Shown here: piece by piece, positions 60,560 to 64,000 of the stretch
Layout: the number at the start of each line of letters is the position of its first letter
Numbering within the stretch: the stretch's first letter is position 1
NCBI GenBank assembly: GCA_963752155.1
Contig: CAVVXH010000011.1
Span: 160,001 to 224,000 of the forward strand
DNA: 64,000 nucleotides
Direction of reading: 5' to 3'
From: an uncultured Parachlamydiaceae bacterium
GTDB taxonomy: Bacteria; Chlamydiota; Chlamydiia; Chlamydiales; Parachlamydiaceae
Program-made: the position numbers and the translations under genes
The notes under the pieces: model-generated
Seen by the model: the letters and a program-made list of their open reading frames with translations, nothing else
Told to the model about the DNA's origin: nothing
Databases searched by the model: none

Positions 60560-61305
60560 ATGTTTCTAGGGGAAAAAGGGAGTAAATGTGAAGTTGTAAG
60601 CCCCGTACCGGAGTCTACGATCCGAATTTTAACGCTGCCCACGAGGGCGCTAATTTGCAACCAATAAGGGAAATAGGCAGGATAAGCAAAACCTTCTTCA
60701 GGTAGATAGATTTCAATCAGTTTTCCTGCAAGTTCTGAACCATCTTTAGGCCAAGTTGTTTTCCACGCATCAAAACGGACTCCTTCAACAGCTTCTCCGT
60801 TAACAATCATACGTGGTTCCCAATACGGACGCTTATCATTGATGCCAGTGCGAAGGGTCATTCCAATTCTGCGACGCTGATCAGGAGGGATAAATTCAAA
60901 GCGAACATTCAGAAGCATTGATAAAAAGTTCTCAGGAGAAGACACCTCGTACCACTTTCCACGTTTATAAGAATAAAAGTTAAGGAATTGTCCGGAATTA
61001 AGGTCAAGCGTATAAAGAGCCCATGAACTATGGCCTGGGGCTTGATTCATGACCCAGGTTGCCCAAGAAAAATGAGTCTTCGGGACTTTGGATGCAGGGA
61101 TAGAAATCTCTTCGATAGTCAAAGTTTGAGCGGTTCTGGAATAGATATGAAGCAAACTATAATTTTTTCCTTGAGATGTGACGATATAGTCTCCGGTTTG
61201 AGCTCTTTGCAGATTATCGCGCAGAAATAAAAAATACCTTTCAGCAGATAAGTCTAGAGACATGGAAAGGAAAATGAAGCAGCACAAGCAAATAGATTTA
61301 TACAT
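60556..61305 (-). CDS. Secreted hypothetical protein translationally coupled to lepB
   Basis: Signal peptide; GDYIVT; YFPYW; ATGA overlap with lepB. Confidence 0.8.
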   Translation of the reverse strand: MYKSICLCCFIFLSMSLDLSAERYFLFLRDNLQRAQTGDYIVTSQGKNYSLLHIYSRTAQTLTIEEISIPASKVPKTHFSWATWVMNQAPGHSSWALYTLDLNSGQFLNFYSYKRGKWYEVSSPENFLSMLLNVRFEFIPPDQRRRIGMTLRTGINDKRPYWEPRMIVNGEAVEGVRFDAWKTTWPKDGSELAGKLIEIYLPEEGFAYPAYFPYWLQISALVGSVKIRIVDSGTGLTTSHLLPFSPRNI

Positions 61306-61384
61306 AATACCTTAATCATACACGAAAAAAGAAATCAGAGCAAATCGCAAAAAAAATTTGGTTTGCCCACCTGAGGAAAGCGTC

Positions 61385-61579
61385 GCGATATTCGGGTATA
61401 ATGTATAGGAAAAAATTAAACACAAAGGAACGAAGGCACAAAGAGCACAAAGAGATTTTACACGAAAGCTCTTCAGTATAAAGAAAATTTTACACTTTAT
61501 CTGTGAGATCTCTTTGTGATCTTTGAGCCTTTGTGCCTTTGTGTTTAATTTTTTCCTATACATTATACTCTAATATCGC
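61385..61579. mobile_element. Palindromic element family C (shell arms plus inverted CACAAAG-type micro-arrays)
   Basis: gcgatattcgggtataatgtataggaaaaaattaaacacaaagg ... cctttgtgtttaattttttcctatacattatactctaatatcgc. Confidence 0.85.
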
Positions 61580-61697
61580 AGCATCTCCTGCAGACTCAAA
61601 AGTTTATATTGCTATTTTATTCTCTTAATAGTATTATCATTTTTAACAAGCATTAATATATAATGCATATTTTTATAAAATAAAATGAGATTTTAAA

Positions 61698-62240
61698 ATG
61701 GAAGCTAATTTTAATTTACATCGCGATGCTATACAACATATTTTTTCATTCTTAGATGAAAAATCCCTAGGAATATGTAATCGAGTTTCTCGAGAATGGA
61801 ATACGCAGGCAGATGCAGTATGGAAAAAAATTTATCTTGGAATAGAAAACATCGCACCGGAAAATTTCAAGGAATATATCAAAGATCATGACCTTAAGCC
61901 AGTAAAACTCGATGAACTAGACGCAGTCTTTCAAAAATTTTTGACTCTAAGTTTTGATAAAAATGTTTCCTTTCACCTTATATGTCCATTCAATAAAGAT
62001 TGCAAAATAAATGCACACCTTACTTATCAAGATGATCAAGAAATGCATAAAGCTGAATATCTGCTTACCGAAGCTTTACCAAAGATTGAAAATCTCGACC
62101 AAGATTCAATGCATCCAATATTCGTCGAAGAAAAAAATAGTTATTTTGACTCCTTCTGGGCAAAAAATCAAGATCAATGCTTTTCTCTATTTGCCGATTA
62201 TATGTGCACCGTTAGTAAACTAGATGTGGGAAAAAAATAA
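61698..62240 (+). CDS. F-box protein
   Basis: LHRDAIQHIFSFLDEKSLGICNRVSREWNTQA...VWKK. Confidence 0.8.
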   Translation: MEANFNLHRDAIQHIFSFLDEKSLGICNRVSREWNTQADAVWKKIYLGIENIAPENFKEYIKDHDLKPVKLDELDAVFQKFLTLSFDKNVSFHLICPFNKDCKINAHLTYQDDQEMHKAEYLLTEALPKIENLDQDSMHPIFVEEKNSYFDSFWAKNQDQCFSLFADYMCTVSKLDVGKK

Positions 62241-62280
62241 TTGTACGCTGTGGCAGAACCACGGCGTACAAATTTTTTTT
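62241..62280. terminator. Bidirectional intrinsic terminator
   Basis: ttgtacgctgtgg-cagaa-ccacggcgtacaa flanked by A and T runs, between convergent genes. Confidence 0.8.
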
Positions 62281-62282
62281 AC

Positions 62283-62441
62283 TTACCTAAATAAATGCCG
62301 CAACGCCGAAATGAGAAAAAGAATCAAAAAGATAAAGAATAATATCTTTGCAATCTCAGTCGACGTCCCAGCCACTCCACCAAATCCCAATAATCCTGCA
62401 ACTAAGGCCACAACCAAAAAAATAAGTGCCCAATATAACAT
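62283..62441 (-). CDS. DUF1328 small membrane protein
   Basis: [25 protein letters not shown]...[18 protein letters not shown]. Confidence 0.9.
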   Translation of the reverse strand: MLYWALIFLVVALVAGLLGFGGVAGTSTEIAKILFFIFLILFLISALRHLFR

Positions 62442-62523
62442 AAAATCCTCCTTCTCTAAAATTTTTATTTTACACATTGACCATTTATTTCAAAGAAAGA
62501 TTTTACATATTCTGATATTAGTT

Positions 62524-63477
62524 TCACCACCTCCAATACTGATTGAAAGCCTTGTCCCAACTATAAGCCACTCTATCGTTGAGAAGCCGGTCATAACGAA
62601 CTTGTATCGAAAGATAAGGATAGGCATGATCGTTATCACTATTGCGCCCCTCATTTTCTTTATAAAGCTTTATAAAAATCTCCTTGTTATACCAAGGAAG
62701 GATCGAAATATCTGAATCAAGCTTTTCCCAACGTTTAAATTCTTGGTATTCCGGAAGCTTTTGATAATCAGGGTTTTGCTTAAAATATTCTTGTAACAAG
62801 ACGACAACTTCTTCAGGATTTTTTTCAAGTCCCTTAACATAAAAAGAAACTTCCGCTCCAATCATATGCTTCGAATATTGATTTTTTGGTAACGGATCGT
62901 TGTAACGATTATGCTCGGGGCAACGATGCCCTGATGTAATCACGACTTGTTTTTTTTCTTTTGCTTGAACATAATTTAAAAGATTAATCAAAATGGGGTA
63001 AATGAATTCTTTTTGATTTCGCAAGGGTAAGCTATGCTGTTCGATCCCTCCACAATCTTGTAAATAAAGCGATTCACCACCCTGTTGTATGTATTTATCA
63101 GGATTTGTGTACTTTCCCCTACATCGAAAATGCTCCTTTGTGATTTTAGGGAAATTAGCGACCTTTTTTGCCTTCCATGGATAGGGAGGAATCACTTTTT
63201 TTTCCGGTGAAGAGATTTGGACATATTCGTTATGTAAACGCCCTATATACTCTCCTCGTTGCAATTTTAAAGTAGATTTGCTCTCAAAAAAATCACAACC
63301 TGAACAAAAAAGAAGGATACAAATGGAAAAGAACACTACAGGAATTCCCGCTAATTTTCGTGCCCGTGCCCGTCCCCGAAAATTAGTAAAATCTACGAAA
63401 TTTTTCGGGCTCGGGCTCGGGCACGCACGCGGGCACGAAAGTTTAGCGGGAGTTGCTATCTTTTGCCTATCCCGCAA
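62524..63477 (-). CDS. Lipoprotein with M15-like (D-Ala-D-Ala) metallopeptidase motif; start uncertain (TTG 63477 or GTG 63336)
   Basis: ITSGHRCPEHN, SKHMIG and lipobox-like LFCSGC. Confidence 0.8.
   Translation of the reverse strand: MRDRQKIATPAKLSCPRACPSPSPKNFVDFTNFRGRARARKLAGIPVVFFSICILLFCSGCDFFESKSTLKLQRGEYIGRLHNEYVQISSPEKKVIPPYPWKAKKVANFPKITKEHFRCRGKYTNPDKYIQQGGESLYLQDCGGIEQHSLPLRNQKEFIYPILINLLNYVQAKEKKQVVITSGHRCPEHNRYNDPLPKNQYSKHMIGAEVSFYVKGLEKNPEEVVVLLQEYFKQNPDYQKLPEYQEFKRWEKLDSDISILPWYNKEIFIKLYKENEGRNSDNDHAYPYLSIQVRYDRLLNDRVAYSWDKAFNQYWRW
63343..63454. repeat. Family D element, second copy
   Basis: Near-identical to 3770-3883. Confidence 0.92.
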
Positions 63478-63519
63478 AACAGAGAAGTGATATACATCTT
63501 TGTGAGTATTAGGAGGTCT

Positions 63520-64000
63520 ATGGAATGGATTCATCATTATCAACTTATTTTATTTGATCTCGATGGTTTGCTAGTTAACACCGAACAACTACATTATCAG
63601 GCCTACAAAAATATGTTGCAAGCTCGAGGTTTTTCTCTGCCTTGGGATTTTAACAGATATTGCCATACGGCACATTATCATTCAGACAAAATTGCAAATG
63701 AATTGCTTGAACTCTTTCCAGATCTATATGCTCAGGGAGAAAATTGGGATATTCTTTATGCTGAAAAAAAACAAGCCATGATTGATCAATTAAATTCCGG
63801 AAAAGTTGCTCTCATGCCAGGTGTCTTCGCTCTATTAGAAGCAATAAAAAAGGGGAAAATAAAATGTTGCGTCGTCACTCATTCTCCCGATGAGCTCGTA
63901 CAAATCATCCGTCAACAACATCCTGTTTTAGACGCCATCCCCTATTGGATTACACGACGTGATTACACTCACCCAAAACCTCATTCGGAATGCTACGCAA
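63520..64000 (+). CDS. HAD-family phosphatase (runs off the window end)
   Basis: AGGAGG SD; MEWIHHYQLILFDLDGLLVNTE; MPGV; VVTHS; KPHSECY. Confidence 0.9.
   Translation, partial: MEWIHHYQLILFDLDGLLVNTEQLHYQAYKNMLQARGFSLPWDFNRYCHTAHYHSDKIANELLELFPDLYAQGENWDILYAEKKQAMIDQLNSGKVALMPGVFALLEAIKKGKIKCCVVTHSPDELVQIIRQQHPVLDAIPYWITRRDYTHPKPHSECYA

Noticed and set aside
62224..62715. 163-aa plus-strand ORF
   Set aside because: It is antisense to the DUF1328 and peptidase genes and crosses a terminator.

Overview
64-kb chromosomal window from an AT-rich bacterium that is very probably an environmental chlamydia (Chlamydiota, Parachlamydiales-like). The basis is an euo homologue next to gltX and tsp, the long chlamydial-type lepB, F-box proteins and type III chaperone/effector-like pairs. 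Housekeeping genes include glgP, a dnaQ-like exonuclease, rimO, eno, gltX, tsp, sthA, rpmB and lepB. Also present are an eno-speA-speB-DHS-like-methyltransferase operon (probable homospermidine route), a CDP-6-deoxyhexose cluster, several candidate host-directed effectors (three F-box proteins, a pseudokinase-kinase tandem, an SPK-repeat lipase-like protein) and a decayed region around 18-24 kb. No tRNA, rRNA, CRISPR array or intact transposase was seen. The most unusual signals are non-coding. (i) At least six families of palindromic intergenic elements occur, some nested like Russian dolls and some built from head-to-head 9-mer or 6-mer arrays. One supplies a gene's stop codon and one may sit in frame inside a signal peptide. 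(ii) A predicted ~320-nt leader of euo carries a 165-nt imperfect hairpin and a 44-codon uORF whose stop abuts the euo start. All protein calls come from motif recognition by eye; no searches were run.
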